Source: the human T2T-CHM13v2.0 reference genome, Homo sapiens. Taken from it: DNA of 64,000 nt. Positions 25,155 through 38,110 of the stretch are shown one piece after another (positions within the stretch are counted from its first letter, which is position 1; each line of letters opens with the position of its first letter). The position numbers were made by a program, and so were the translations under genes. The notes below the pieces were generated by a model. That model was not told the origin of the DNA and ran no database searches. It was given only the letters and a program-made list of their open reading frames with translations. The DNA lies in assembly GCF_009914755.1 (NCBI RefSeq), contig NC_060947.1; one strand, given 5' to 3'.

Positions 25155-26207
25155 AGAAATATCTTATTGGAATCAGGGCTTAGTGGCTAGTTCAAGTTAA
25201 CTAGAAGACAGAGATTAGGATGGCTGCTGCCACTTTTTATTCTTTACCCATTCTGGTTGTTTTTCAGAGATATTTTAAAAAAAAAAGATGGGCTGACTGT
25301 GAAGCTGTCCCTTCTTGGGATGGGAGGCTAGGTTTGTCCTTCTCTAATATTTCAAGGCTGCTACGTCATACACATAAAAGCAGGAACAGAATGATAATTG
25401 AACAATTAATAATACCCATGATAAAACAATGTCCTTAAAACACATAATTAAAACAACTGAACCACAAAAAAGTGCAACTATACACAGAAAATGTGCATGT
25501 ACATGCTAAACAGGAGCGGAGCAATCCCATAAACACCACCACTAACAAAAAATAATAAACATGCCAGATAAAAGAAGAATAGATACACTCCAGCTACCTT
25601 AGGCCCATAAATGCAATTTGAGGTCATTTTGTAATATAGGAGGAAGAGGTCAATTCCCTTTGGGAATTTCTTAGCCAAGGAATTCTCTATTGGTGTATTG
25701 GTACTAATATATGTCTGCTGTGCTGTCTTTCATTACTCTTATATCTAGCTCATACTTTTGATGATTATAAGGCTAAATTTGGCGGCTTAATACTCAAGGT
25801 AGAATAATAAGGGAAGACAACATGGCATTTGTTCTATTACCAATAAAGTGATCTTACTTATAAAGACCACTTATCGAAGGCCCAAAAATGTTAAAGAATA
25901 AAGAGAGAAGCAGTTGCCAGAAGCCCTCAAAATTCTGACAAGTGACCCAGAATCAAGTATATTTGCCCAGACTGCTGTCTGGAAAGTTCACCTCAGGCAC
26001 TTTTGTAATCTCATGGGATCTCCATGAAGCCATTAGGCAACTTCAAAATATCAGCTCCCCAATTCATATTTCCCCAGTAAGGGCAGGAAATGTAAGGGTG
26101 CCTGTCAGGAACTTCCTGACTTAGCTGAAGTTCAGTATATTTCCTAGAAATTAAGAGACAAGGTAGTCAATAACCTGAGTAAACTATTTAAACCTCGTGT
26201 TACTGTC

Positions 26208-26269
26208 TTTTATTTTTTATTTTATTTTATTTTATTTTGAGACAGGTTCTTACTCTGTTGCCCAAGCTG
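26208..26269 (-). mobile_element. Severely 5'-truncated Alu (J/FLAM-like) stub
   Basis: (TTTTA)n-tgagacaggttcttactctgttgcccaagctg. Confidence 0.8.
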
Positions 26270-27080
26270 TTACCAGTCCACAAGGAAATAAGTATAACCA
26301 CTGAGTTTAGAAACTTCTATAGCCACATAATCACAGTGTCTAAGAAACTGCCTTTGTCATTGAACTCAGATGTTGTTGAACTGACGTGATGGTTCACATT
26401 TGATGAAAGCTGTGTCATAGACATATGTGTGGTAGAACCACATTACATTAAATATTTTAAGATTAGTTCATGAACTAAACCCAAATGTTTAAATAAAATC
26501 TAAAGCTCTAAAATCCATTTCCTTCAACAAAAGATCATTTTACTATAACTTTACAGGGAAATTTTTAGAAATGATTATCAGTGAACACTTGAAGATGAAT
26601 TTTGAAACTATAGAATCATTTATTTTATTTTGAATAAAAGTTAAAAATAATAACTTCGGCTTGCCGAAATGCTTGGAAATGTCTTCTATTCCTGTCAACA
26701 TATTTATGAAGTGCATTTCTCTCCTCTAAATGTTACTAAAACAAAACATAGGAGAGTTATATGTACATTACTTCTTGGGAGTAGCATTGTCATCAATCCA
26801 GCCTAGATTATGTAAATTCATTAGCTAGAAGCAGGCTCATTTGTCACATTGAAAACTTTAAATCGTGATATACACAGTGTCTTTTAGAATGTTCATATAG
26901 GCATCTAGTATGAGGAATCACCATTTCACTCACGTGATCGTTAATTGCCTATACTTACACTTTCAATGACTAATTTAGGGTTTTGGCAAGTAAATAATTT
27001 TTTTCCTATGATGTTTGTTCTCATTATATTTATTAAAATGTAATTTTGGGTCTGTTTAATCTAATAAAAGTGTAGGCTTT
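26270..27080 (+). mobile_element. hAT-Charlie family DNA transposon remnant with transposase C-terminus
   Basis: 26781-26852 translates to VALSSIQPRLCKFIS*KQAHLSH*, resembling the Charlie/Buster transposase end; upstream LKMNFE...F*IKVKN. Confidence 0.75.
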
Positions 27081-27089
27081 TATTTCATC

Positions 27090-27350
27090 TTACCCCAACC
27101 AAACTATGCCACCCTATGAGGGTTTCCTTTGGGTGAATGCATTCCTCATCCTACTTAAGCTCCTCCACAGAGATGCCCTCTTCACCCTGTTCATGCTGTA
27201 ACATCCCATACAGTCCTGCCATGCAGATGCCCTCTTTACCCCTCTAGGCTCTCACACCTCTGTACCACCACAGCTCCCTATCCAATCAGGCTCAGACATT
27301 TATATTTCTGTGCCCTACTTAGTGGACTCAAGAGTGAATTTTTCAGGAAG
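27090..27350 (+). mobile_element. Probable L1MC-type 3' UTR fragment with repeated gatgccctcttcaccc motif
   Basis: cagagatgccctcttcaccctg / gcagatgccctctttacccct repeats followed by a purine-rich tail; family recalled, uncertain. Confidence 0.4.
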
Positions 27351-27760
27351 AAAGGAAGGAAAGAACATGAAATGGAAGAAATGCAAGGGATGGGTAGAGG
27401 AAGGGAAGGGAAAATAAAAAGGAAAGTTATGATTTTTTATTTTAAAGAATCAGAACAGAATGATACAATTTGTTTTGAACTATCATAAGCACATATGCTT
27501 CCATCACCGCTTTCCTGCACATTACACCAATAATGCTTTGTCATGGGAAGATATTTTCTAGGTGGAAGGACAGTCCTATCTGAAAGCTCCTTCACTTTTT
27601 CAATCCTCTAATCACTATACCCTATCGCAGTGCCACACAGGAACACATCTCCAAAAACCTGCTCACAGCTGCAACATGGTGAATGGGTGATTGCTTGTCT
27701 CCAAGTCCCTCCTTGGAGAATGGAAAATGTTAAAGAGATAAAGTTATAAAAATAGGCATA

Positions 27761-28253
<493 letters not shown>

Positions 28254-28694
28254 CTATACAAATATCAGAATGTATTCTTTTCTGTACTTCAAAGATGTTT
28301 AAATGGTTTTGATAAGAAATAAGTTTCATTCTCACAGACTTCAAATCCATTGGTGGCAGTCTACTGCAGAATGATGCATATCTATATATCAGGTTTGACA
28401 AGAATTTGCTCTTTATTCAATTAAATAGAAATAGTCAAATGTGAGGGATGGATACTGTGCAATCATCGGCCAGTTCAAGAATAGGATATATTTCAAACAT
28501 AATCATCTTTACCCAAGCCTACCATCTATAATTTTGTAAAAAATTTTGCCCTTTGTCTCTTCTGCTCAAATTTTCTGATCACCATCCTGTCTACTACCTC
28601 CAAGGCAAACCTCTTTTCACAATCCCAGACCTCTCACACTAACTGGTGTAACCTATGAATATAAGGACTTTCCATTCTGGAGTGAGCCACAATT

Positions 28695-28850
28695 GTAGGT
28701 GGAGGTCTGGAAACCTGGACCCAATCCTGGTTCTGCCACTTGTTAGTTGTGTTACTTTAGCAACCATAATTTCTCTGTCTTTACATAAGGAGCAAGATAG
28801 AAGCAACCATTACGACTCTCTGAGGTCTCTCTCCAGTTTTAAAGCTTTTG
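28695..28850 (+). mobile_element. MIR/MIR3 fragment
   Basis: aaacctggacccaatcctggttctgccacttgttagttgtgttacttt...tctctgaggtctctctccagtttt. Confidence 0.65.
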
Positions 28851-28904
28851 AAAGTACAATAAAGTGACCACAATGAAAAAGAGAGATCACTGGCTCAGAA
28901 ATCA

Positions 28905-29640
28905 CCTTTTTAAAACATATATCTGATCATGTTCCCTGATCCTGAATACATCCCTCTCTCTTACTCCTCATATCCAATTCATCCCTAAGACATAACAGTT
29001 TTACTTCCTAAATTTCTTTCAAATATGTGCACTTCTCTCCTCTAGCCTGCTCTTAACTATCATCATTTTTGTCCAGACAAATACAACTGCTTCCTCAGTA
29101 ATGTACATGAATCTACCAATATCCCATATTTTCTCAATACTACAGCCAGGGGAATCTTTGTGAAAAGCAAATGTAATCATGTTACCTCACTCCATCTATG
29201 CTTATACTCTCCATTGGATTTCCATTGTAAATAGGATACAGACTCATTAATGTAACCAGTCTAAGCTCTTTATGGTTCAGCCTAGAACTACCTCTCCAGC
29301 TTATTCTAAGACCACCTTCTCTCTATGAAGGTGTCCTCTACCCCCACTTTTAATGCCAACTCAACCTATGCATTCAACTTGAGCATCACTAGCTAAGGGA
29401 AGCCTTCCTTAATCACCTAGAATTAGTCAGATTTCCATATTATAAAATCTCATTGACCATTTGCCTCTCCTTTATAGCACTGCCACATCAGTAATTTCAC
29501 AACTATTTGTTAAGTTATTTGATAAATATACGTCTTCCACACTAGTCAGTGAGCTTGAAGAGAATAGGTAACTTGTTTTAGTTTCTCACTACTGCATCCC
29601 CAGCATCTAACATTACGTTTGGCACATAATGAGTTCTTGA
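28905..29640 (+). mobile_element. LINE L2 3' region
   Basis: acagccaggggaatctttgtgaaaagcaaatgtaatcatgttacc...gggaagccttcctt...catccccagcatctaacattacgtttggcacata. Confidence 0.85.
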
Positions 29641-29800
29641 GTCAGGTGGCCTAGGTTAGTCTTAGCTAGTATGTATTTTTGCTATGTGATCCTTGACTTT
29701 TCAAGGAATATAATCTCTCTATGCTTCAATATTCTCACCTGTAATAGAAAAGTAATAATCCCTCGATCACACGGTTGTTTTTAACAGGCAAATAGCATGT
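29640..29800 (+). mobile_element. MIR fragment
   Basis: gagtcaggtggcctaggtt...ctctctatgcttcaatattctcacctgtaata. Confidence 0.6.
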
Positions 29801-30454
29801 GGTGATAGACAAGATGCAATTATTCATTTTTGAAATTTCAATATGTAGCTTACTTAGTTCCAGGCATGCATGTGATGTGAATAAATAAAACTCATAAAGC
29901 TAGTACCAGTAAAAAAAAAAAAACTAGGTATATATTGGTATAACACTGTATATGTTATAGTTACAGTAATACTTCCAAAAAGGTGTAGATGGAAAACATA
30001 CTAACTTCGTATCTCTGATTAAATACCTTATTTATTTACTAAGAGTTTGTGGCTATACCTTCTAATGGAAAGAAATTAGCCTCTGTCAATGACCCTAAAA
30101 CCATTTTCCTGTAGCCAGTACATCTCCCACAGCCTTCTTCTCTCTTGTTCTTGTTAAATAATGATCACTTTCTAGTAAGAACTTTTAGGGTTGATGAATT
30201 AGCCCTGAGAACTGATATTTTCAGAGATGAGGTACACAACTAGGAATGACCACTAATTAGCTCCTGTCATGGGAAAAGTAACAGACACATGGACTATGTT
30301 GTTAAGGAGCCAGAGTAAGACCAAGAGATAAGAGATTTTAAGTTTAAAACTTCCACATTTTCCTTTTACACGAGATTTAGCTTCTACCCCAAAAAGATAT
30401 TGACTGTAATTAAGGTTTAAACCCTGAAGCAATTGTGTCAGGAAGAAAGGAGAA

Positions 30455-30582
30455 TGAGGGCATTTGCTGACCACTAGATTCTTGGTGTCTAACACAATGC
30501 CAGCATACAATGGGCCCTCAGTCAGCACTTATTGTAGCAATAAATGACATGAATAAATGAAAAAAACAAATGAATTAATGAA
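30455..30582 (+). mobile_element. L2 3' terminus
   Basis: gtgtctaacacaatgccagcatacaatgggccctcagt...tgaataaatgaa. Confidence 0.7.
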
Positions 30583-32379
30583 GCGACATTTGCAAATGAA
30601 ACTAGAATCACTGAACAAATGCATTACTAGTTATCAGCAACCACCTATTCCAACCCAGAGGGTAATTCAGGCTTTCAGCCTTCACTGAATCCTTAACAAT
30701 GTGCTCAAGGCCTAAAAGTACTTTAATATCCATTATCGTCAGATTTTTCTGTGCATGAGGTCAAAAGATCCCATCAGTAATAAATGTAGGTGAAGCCAGT
30801 GAATTTCCAGTGAAAATTAGTGCCAAATTTTAGCTAGCCCTCAAACTCCATTTCAAAGTGTATTTGCATTTGCTTCTTTTTTGTCCCCCAGAGTGTCATA
30901 CAACCTACCAATAAGCCACACCTATTAAACATTTCCTGACTCTGTTTTGATGACCTGACACCTGAAAACTGAGGTAGAATGTAAATCTGAAGAATTTTCA
31001 TAGGACCTTTAACTTGTTTTGATGAATCCAGAAAAGAAGGATTTGAAAAATACACACTTGATCAATGTGGTTGAAGAGAAGGTCACAAATGTCATTTGAC
31101 CCTCATGGGGCTGATTATAATATAACCATTATTGCTCAATGTTTTCTCCATTAAACAAAAAATAAAGTTTCAAAGTGTTTTTAATTGGGCTGCCATATAT
31201 TATAGTGTATGCTGCCCTCAGATATAATACAAGTAATTTGTATGTATACACACATATTTGATATATATATGCATGTGTATATTTACATGTTATACATAAC
31301 CATATAAATCCTGTAAGTATATGGTTAAGGCCATTCTTTTACCTGGAAAGTAATAGAAGGAAAGGTAATATTAACTAAACAACAAATATACTTAATGTGT
31401 TTTTTGATCTTTTGGTGGGGCTTGTTTATTTGCTTAAAACTCTTGACTAGCCTCCCTTAGAAAAAAGGTGTGGTTAAATATGCAGTTTAGTTCTTCACAC
31501 AGAGACATGAAGGTCTGATGTACTTTGAAATTAAAGTAATGAAGAGGGGGAAAGTGTTTGTCAAACAGGAGAATGACCAAACAGAACTACACAGTCTGAG
31601 TTTCAAACAGTTTCTCCTTTAAGAGTCACAAAGCTGTTTAGAGCAGAGAAAGAAAGAAAATCTATGGTTTTTTTTTTTCATACTGCATCATGAAGGGCAA
31701 CATTCAGCTCTGTCTTTAATGCCAAGCAGTCAAACTATAAAAAGGAGCATTATTTTAGAGTCCTTGAAATGACTTACAAAAAGCCTTTCAAAAGATTTAG
31801 ATGCTAGTGGTGCTATGCAAATGTCTCACTTGAAATTGAAATTCTTAAAAATAAATGTTTATTTTGCTTTCCATTAAGAGAAAAAAATGCAATGCCTCCT
31901 CACATAACCAGAGAGCTATTTAACACCTGCTGAATGGCTAAATGGTTCAGCTGTCTTTCTCTTAAGACTGTACAAATGATATTAATATACCTTTACAATG
32001 GAAGTATCTTGTGCTCCATTTCCTTATTGATAGTATTCTTAATTTTTGTCCTCCTTCTATTGTCTCCTTCAGTCCATCAACCACAAACCTAAGGATCTAT
32101 GCACACCTACTGTATATATTATATATCTAGGAACTGATCTAGCCTAGTATGTTACATATACTTTATAATATATGTTTCTGCCCATAACACCTCTTCATAC
32201 AGAATATCTCAAAATGCTAGATAAAATATCTTTAGATATCTATTTTAAAGCATGGCTGCATTGGTAAAATAAGAGCATCGACGGAGCTAGAAATGACAAG
32301 GAAATGTAATAACTGAGGCTTGCAGAAATGAGCCTCTGACAATCACGTATGTACCACCACACTCCCACCACTGGTTTAC

Positions 32380-33170
32380 AGCTGTTTGGCAAGCAACAGA
32401 CACATGAGCCAAACTGAGATGATCAAATTTTCTCCTCTGGAGATTTATATACATGATTTAGGAATGGCAAGTCAATCTTTATAATGTGGTTCTAAATTCG
32501 AGAGTAGTAGGGCAACCATATTTTGCCACATGGGCATGGAAACAAAGAAAACTGTCTTCAGTATAGGACAAAAGTGAAGCAGAGAAAGAAAAACAAGCAA
32601 TCAACAGTATTCCCTGGGTTTATAGCAGCTTTCTATTTTCTTATTTTAGTCGATTTTTAGACCCAGATGCTTTTCTGTAGCCTGTATTAGTTGGCTGGGG
32701 CTGCCACAACAATCTACTACGACTGGGTGGCCTAAACAACAGGAACTTATTTTTTCGCATTTCTAGAGAATAGAAGTTTGAGATCAAGGTGTCATAAAGG
32801 TTGGTTTCTTCTGAGAACTCTGTCCGAGGCTTGTATATGACCATCTTTTCCCTGTGCCTTCATGTGGTCTCCCCTCTCTGTGTGTCCCTGTCGTATTTCC
32901 TTTTCTTACAAGAACACCCATCATATTGGATTAGGGCCTGCCCTAATGAGCTCATTTAATCTTCATTACCCCTTTAATGACTTCCAAATACTGTCACATT
33001 CTTAAGTACTGGAGGTTAGGACTTCAATATATGAATTTTAGGGGGAACACAATTCAGCCCATAACACTGTCCTTGGGTTCCTTAAGACAAGTCTGTACTG
33101 TTACGTAACCTGTATAAAGCTAAGCCACCATGTAATTCAGTCTCAACTCAGTGCTGCATACAAAGATATG
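32380..33170 (+). mobile_element. Old MaLR LTR (MLT1L/K-like) interrupted by MLT1A
   Basis: cacatgagccaaactgagatgatcaaattttctcctctggag...gcaaccatattttgccacatgg; appears to resume after 33066. Confidence 0.5.
32683..33066 (-). mobile_element. MLT1A-type solo LTR
   Basis: TGtattagttggctggggctgcc...ggaacacaattcagcccataaCA; paralogous to 21074-21474. Confidence 0.9.
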
Positions 33171-35787
33171 CAAAAACAAAATAGAAAAAAAGAATTGAAA
33201 ACTATTAACATATTTACTGAAATATCTTGGAAAATGCTACGAAGAGGTTCCAAAGTTGACACATTACAAAAGTTCTTTAAAATTGTCCTCATCCACTCAT
33301 CTCTTCAAAACCCTAGTCATCATAACATAGTAGCTAATCCCGATCTTTACTCTAAGTCATATCTAACCCTCCCTTCTCTCGTTCCTGATCTATTATTTCC
33401 TTATTCCATAATTAACTTTTTGTATTTTCCAATAAAAATTATAAAGCCGGGCTTGGATCTTCTTATTTCCACCCATCAGCAACCACACTCATTTGCCCCA
33501 ATTCTATACAAGAAAGGCCTGCTAACCTAGCTCAAGTTATTTTCTATTAACTACCACAACTGAAAAAATATTGACTATTAATGTTAACAAAACATTTGTT
33601 TTACTATATCCCCTCACTAACAGGCATTTCTCCTTCTTCCCTGCATCTGTTCAATCTGATACTAAGCCTATCTGTATTTCTCAAATTCTGAAGACAGGAT
33701 TTTTTAAAAACCTTTCTTCTTCTAGGGTTGGAATGGCATGGTAGCACTGTAGAGCTATGACCATAGCCATTGTCCTCTGAAGGACCAAGCCAAGACTTCT
33801 GCTGTTATACCAGGCTAGCTCAGTATTGTGTGTACACATATTTTTTATAGTCAGATCTGCTCTAGCTGTAAATAGTATGTAAAGCCACTAGATAACTCGA
33901 AGACATTAGATGATAGGTGCTGAAAATACTCTCTACCTCCTTCCAAAAATAAAAAATAAATTTCTCTTCTACTGACCCCAGTTTAATTCCTAAAATTTCA
34001 ACTGTTTCTCCATCGGTTTTAGTAACTGAAGGACACAGACAAAATGTAAATGTATGCTCTAGGAAGGGAAATGAATTAGCTTGCTTAATAAAGATAATGG
34101 CCTCAAGCAAATATGACAGTGGATTGCTAAGTTTTGATGAGTGGAGGAGGTTAGGGTAGACAAGAATGTTTTGGAGTTTGGAAGGCTACCCACGATGATC
34201 AATGAGGTTAAGGGCTGAATGAGCGCAATGAGTACCTGGGACAGGGAATGGGGTAATCAAACACAGAAGGGTGTTGAACGCAAATATTGCTCACATATCT
34301 GTAACTCTCTTACAGTATAAACATCACAGCTGAAATGAACCATTATTGTAAATGCATGAATCTTGGGCACTGAGGAAGACATGTGTCCTGCCCTTTAGGA
34401 GCTCAAATGTCAGCTCATAAATAAAACTTTCAAATTGTTTTTCAGTGTGACTCAAGTCACTTGAACCTCTTTATTTTCTCTCATATCTACTCCATGTCTT
34501 CCATGTCAACCACTAACTACGCAATTATTTAAACAGAGATCCCTGAAGCTATAGCATTTAGCCAGTGCTTGGCACATTATGCTTAGAAATAATACAAATT
34601 GGTGTTTCCCTGTGTGTTCAAAATATGCCCTTTGAAAAATCTCATTTGCCTCATCCTGCACTATAATCCAGTTTGTTTATTTGTGTCTCAGGATGTCTGA
34701 CTGCTTGGCTATTGGTTGCCTCCCTTGACATTTCCCTCTGACTTCGTATATTGCTTTTTAGAACTCAAAATTTGGTTTGCTTCTCTCCAAGGAGATTTCC
34801 CGAATTTGTATATATGATAAACACTGCACTATGCTGGATTGGAGAAATAGAGTCTTGGGGCACTTTTAGAGATCCGTTGCAACCAATTAGCATGACTTAT
34901 TTATTTTCCATATATTTTCATTCTCTGTGATGTCTTTCATCCAAGGAGCTCAGAGAGTTTTGCAAAATTTTAACTAACCCTCACAGCACTCCCAGTGGTA
35001 TGAAGAGCAGAAAAGGGATGGAAAGGAATTCCATCCATACAGTATTCAGAAGAAAAAAAAAATCCTCTGTCCAATACATTGAAGAAAGACCGGTCTTGGG
35101 ACTAGTTCATTAAAAAAGAAAAAAAAGAAAAAAAAAAACAGCCTTGAAAATGCAACCTGGGAGTAATGTACTCCACCAGAACCAAGAAGGAGTGTAAGCA
35201 TTCAGAAGTTACAAATAAATTGCTTTGTATTTCACTCTCAGAGAAAATCTCTGGAGACAAGAACTATAGAAGATAGCTTCTCTGAGGTGATAAGGTTTTA
35301 AATGCTCAGATGTGATTGTCAGTGGCAACTTTTCCTTGGGTAGGGGAAGATAAAGAGAATGACCTTGAAGAGGAATGGGTTATGGCAATGGATCAATTTT
35401 TGCAATTGACAAGTCTCCACCATAAGATATCTGAAGATAGTGTCAGGAATGTGGATACCTATGTGGGTTAGTGCAGAGCAGCCAAGACTGAAGGTGGTAG
35501 GCTTAGGACAAATGAAAAGGAAGAGACTGAATTTATCTATTTATAATGATGACTAAGCCAGCCCTACTTTCCCCTCAAAGACTCAGGCTCAGGGAAAGAG
35601 TAGAAGACAGTGAGGCAGAAGTCTAGACTACCTCTTTCCAGCCATGCTGAAGTGTCACCTTTTTATCCTATTTCCCTTGGGTAAACAAAAAAGACAGAGA
35701 GAAAGAAAGAGAGGTGCCTGGTTTACAATGGGAATGTTAAAAGTACAAGTAATGTATATACCACAATTATGTTATACAGTGAGGGGT

Positions 35788-36055
35788 GATAATGACAATA
35801 AGTAACACTTACTGGGTGACTACAAAATCCCAAGCACTGAAAAATTTGACATGTATAATTTCATTTAGTTATTATGATAACTTTCACAAGGTAGGCACTG
35901 TTAGTATATTTAGGTAACAGATGGAGAAATAGAGATTCAGAAAGGTTAAATAACTGGTCAAGATTACTAGGTTAGCGAGCTGCAGAGCCAAGATGCTAAC
36001 TCAGACCTGTCTGACTCCAAAGCCCTTACTATCAATCCCTGTATCACATTGTCTC
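35788..36055 (-). mobile_element. Near full-length MIR
   Basis: acagatggagaaatagagattcagaaaggttaaataact...ctgtctgactccaaagccc. Confidence 0.85.
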
Positions 36056-36664
36056 CATGTCTGAGAGACTAAAAAGGGCTCTGGTGGCCCTGACTATGTA
36101 ACTGTAAGTGCATTCCAATCTGACTACAAATCTGGGAAAAAAAAGTGACGCTGGGGTGGTATGGGAAGTTCTGAGAGTAAGATGAAAATCAAACAAAATA
36201 TATTTGGCCAAAGATTAACTAAATGAGCCTTTTTTTTAGCCTTCTTGGGCCATTTTGTCAAAGAAAAATTATATTAATGGTAGAAATGAGCCAAGTGAGG
36301 TGGCACTGATCTCTAGATATGGTGTATGAGAGTCCTCAGGCAACAAACAACTGGTTACAGAATGCAGGAGGAATTTCTTTCTCTTCATGAATTTCTTACT
36401 ATATCTAAAATTACTTCTGTAGCATGGCCACGATCTATAAAACAACACAAAAGGGAAAGGAGTTCTCCAGCTTGGAGAAAGTCTGGCTATAACAGTTCCA
36501 TTGGCATGAGGGATATCTGTCTAAAAGCCTTTTTCATTATTTGAAAAAATGAATAGATTGAATAGGCATGTTACCTTCCTTGGTTTGTATCACTTCTAGT
36601 TCCCTTGGAAGCAAAAAGTAAAAAGTAATGAATGAAAATGCATGAAGGTTAAAAAGAAAATGGA

Positions 36665-36960
36665 GGCCAGGTGCAATGGCTCACGCCTTGTAATCCTAGA
36701 ACTTTGGGAGGCCAAGGCGGGTGCATCACCTGAGGTCAGGAGTTAAAGACCAGCCTGGCCAACATGGTGAAACCCCGTCTCTACTAAAAATACAAAAATT
36801 AGCCAGGCATGGTGGCGGGCACCTATAATCCCAGCTACTCGGGAGGGTGAGGCAGGAGAATCACTTGAACACGGGGGACAGAGGTTGCAGTGAGCCAAGA
36901 TCATGCCACTTCACTCCAGCCTGGGTGAAAGAGTGAAACTCTGTCCAAAAAAAAAAAAAA
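36665..36960 (+). mobile_element. AluSx-like, full length
   Basis: ggccaggtgcaatggctcacgcc...; TSD aaaagaaaatgga at 36652-36664 and 37082-37094. Confidence 0.95.
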
Positions 36961-37090
36961 GAAAGGAAAAGAAAGAGAGAAAGAGAAAAAGAAGGAAAGG
37001 AAAGGAAAGGAAAGGAAAGGAAAGGAAAGGAAAGGAAAGGAAAGAAAAGAAAAGAAAAGAAAAGAAAAGAAAACAGAAAAGAAAAGAAAA
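36961..37090. repeat. Compound purine microsatellite (AAAGG)9(AAAGA)6 in Alu tail
   Basis: AAAGG x9 at 36996-37040; AAAGA x6 at 37041-37070. Confidence 0.95.
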
Positions 37091-37484
37091 TGGAGATTTG
37101 CACCATACATTATTCTATATGCATGATTTCTCCTGTATACTAATAATGCAACCCAGGTCATTCTACTGTCTACTGTCATTAGAGACAAAGCAAAAAATGT
37201 AGACAAACATACCTAATATCCCTTGTTTTCTCTGCCCTGAATAAAAACTAACAAATACATACTTACCTTCGTCTCTTGTGAGAATCTGAATGTGCTTGGG
37301 ATGTTGGACCTCACGAATTTAGACATGTCAAGTGGAAAAGAACAAAACGTCTTTGTTACAATGTTTAGGGGCCACAAAAAAAATAATTTTTTAAGCAATA
37401 ATTTTTTGGCATCTCTGTTTCTAGCTGGTTTGATTTTTTTTTCCTGCCATCCATTTACCAAACTCACTCCAAATTCTACTCTGG

Positions 37485-38110
37485 TATTTTACTCCTCTGC
37501 TTAAAACCTTTCCATGGCTTCATGTGGCCATAAGTTAAATCCAAACTCCTCGATATGCTATACATGGTCTTACATGACATTGTTCCTATATATATATCCC
37601 TGCTCTACCTCTCAACACAACACACTTGGCACTCAAATCTCCAGCTCTACTGGACTTCTTTCAGCTCCACAAATTACTATAGTCTTTCTTATCCTGACCT
37701 TTCAGATACACCTGCTTCTGTCCAGTAAATACTCTAGTTTAAACTCACACCATCTCTGTCCTGGATTTGTTCAATGGCCTCCCACTTGATCCTTACCTCT
37801 ACTTTTTCCCACTCCAATTCATTCTCTAGTTTACAGTCACAGTCATGCCCATTCTAACTGGTTTACTGTTACCTCTCTTAAAGTATTCTCCACAAAACAG
37901 AAATTCAATTATGTCACACTCATCTTCAAATTTTGGGGGGAGCTCACCATTTCATTGAGGATAAAAATTAAAACTCCTTACCATCAAATATGGTCATCCA
38001 TGACAAAAGAACCTACCTGCCTTTTCAGCCATGTATCTTCTCACCTCTTCACCTGCCATCTGTGTTTGAACAATATAGAAGTACCTACAGATCCCTCCAA
38101 ATGTTGAGGT
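37485..38110 (+). mobile_element. L2 fragments (two overlapping segments)
   Basis: ctctgcttaaaacctttccatggct...aaatccaaactcct; second tatgtcacactcatcttcaaat...aggataaaaattaaaactcctta. Confidence 0.7.

Noticed and set aside
25478-25678. Hydrophobic 66-aa ORF resembling a membrane peptide
   Set aside because: T-rich strand bias, non-ATG start, no splice or homology support.
36861-37206. Lys/Arg-rich and Phe/Ser-rich ORFs
   Set aside because: Products of the stop-free purine microsatellite.
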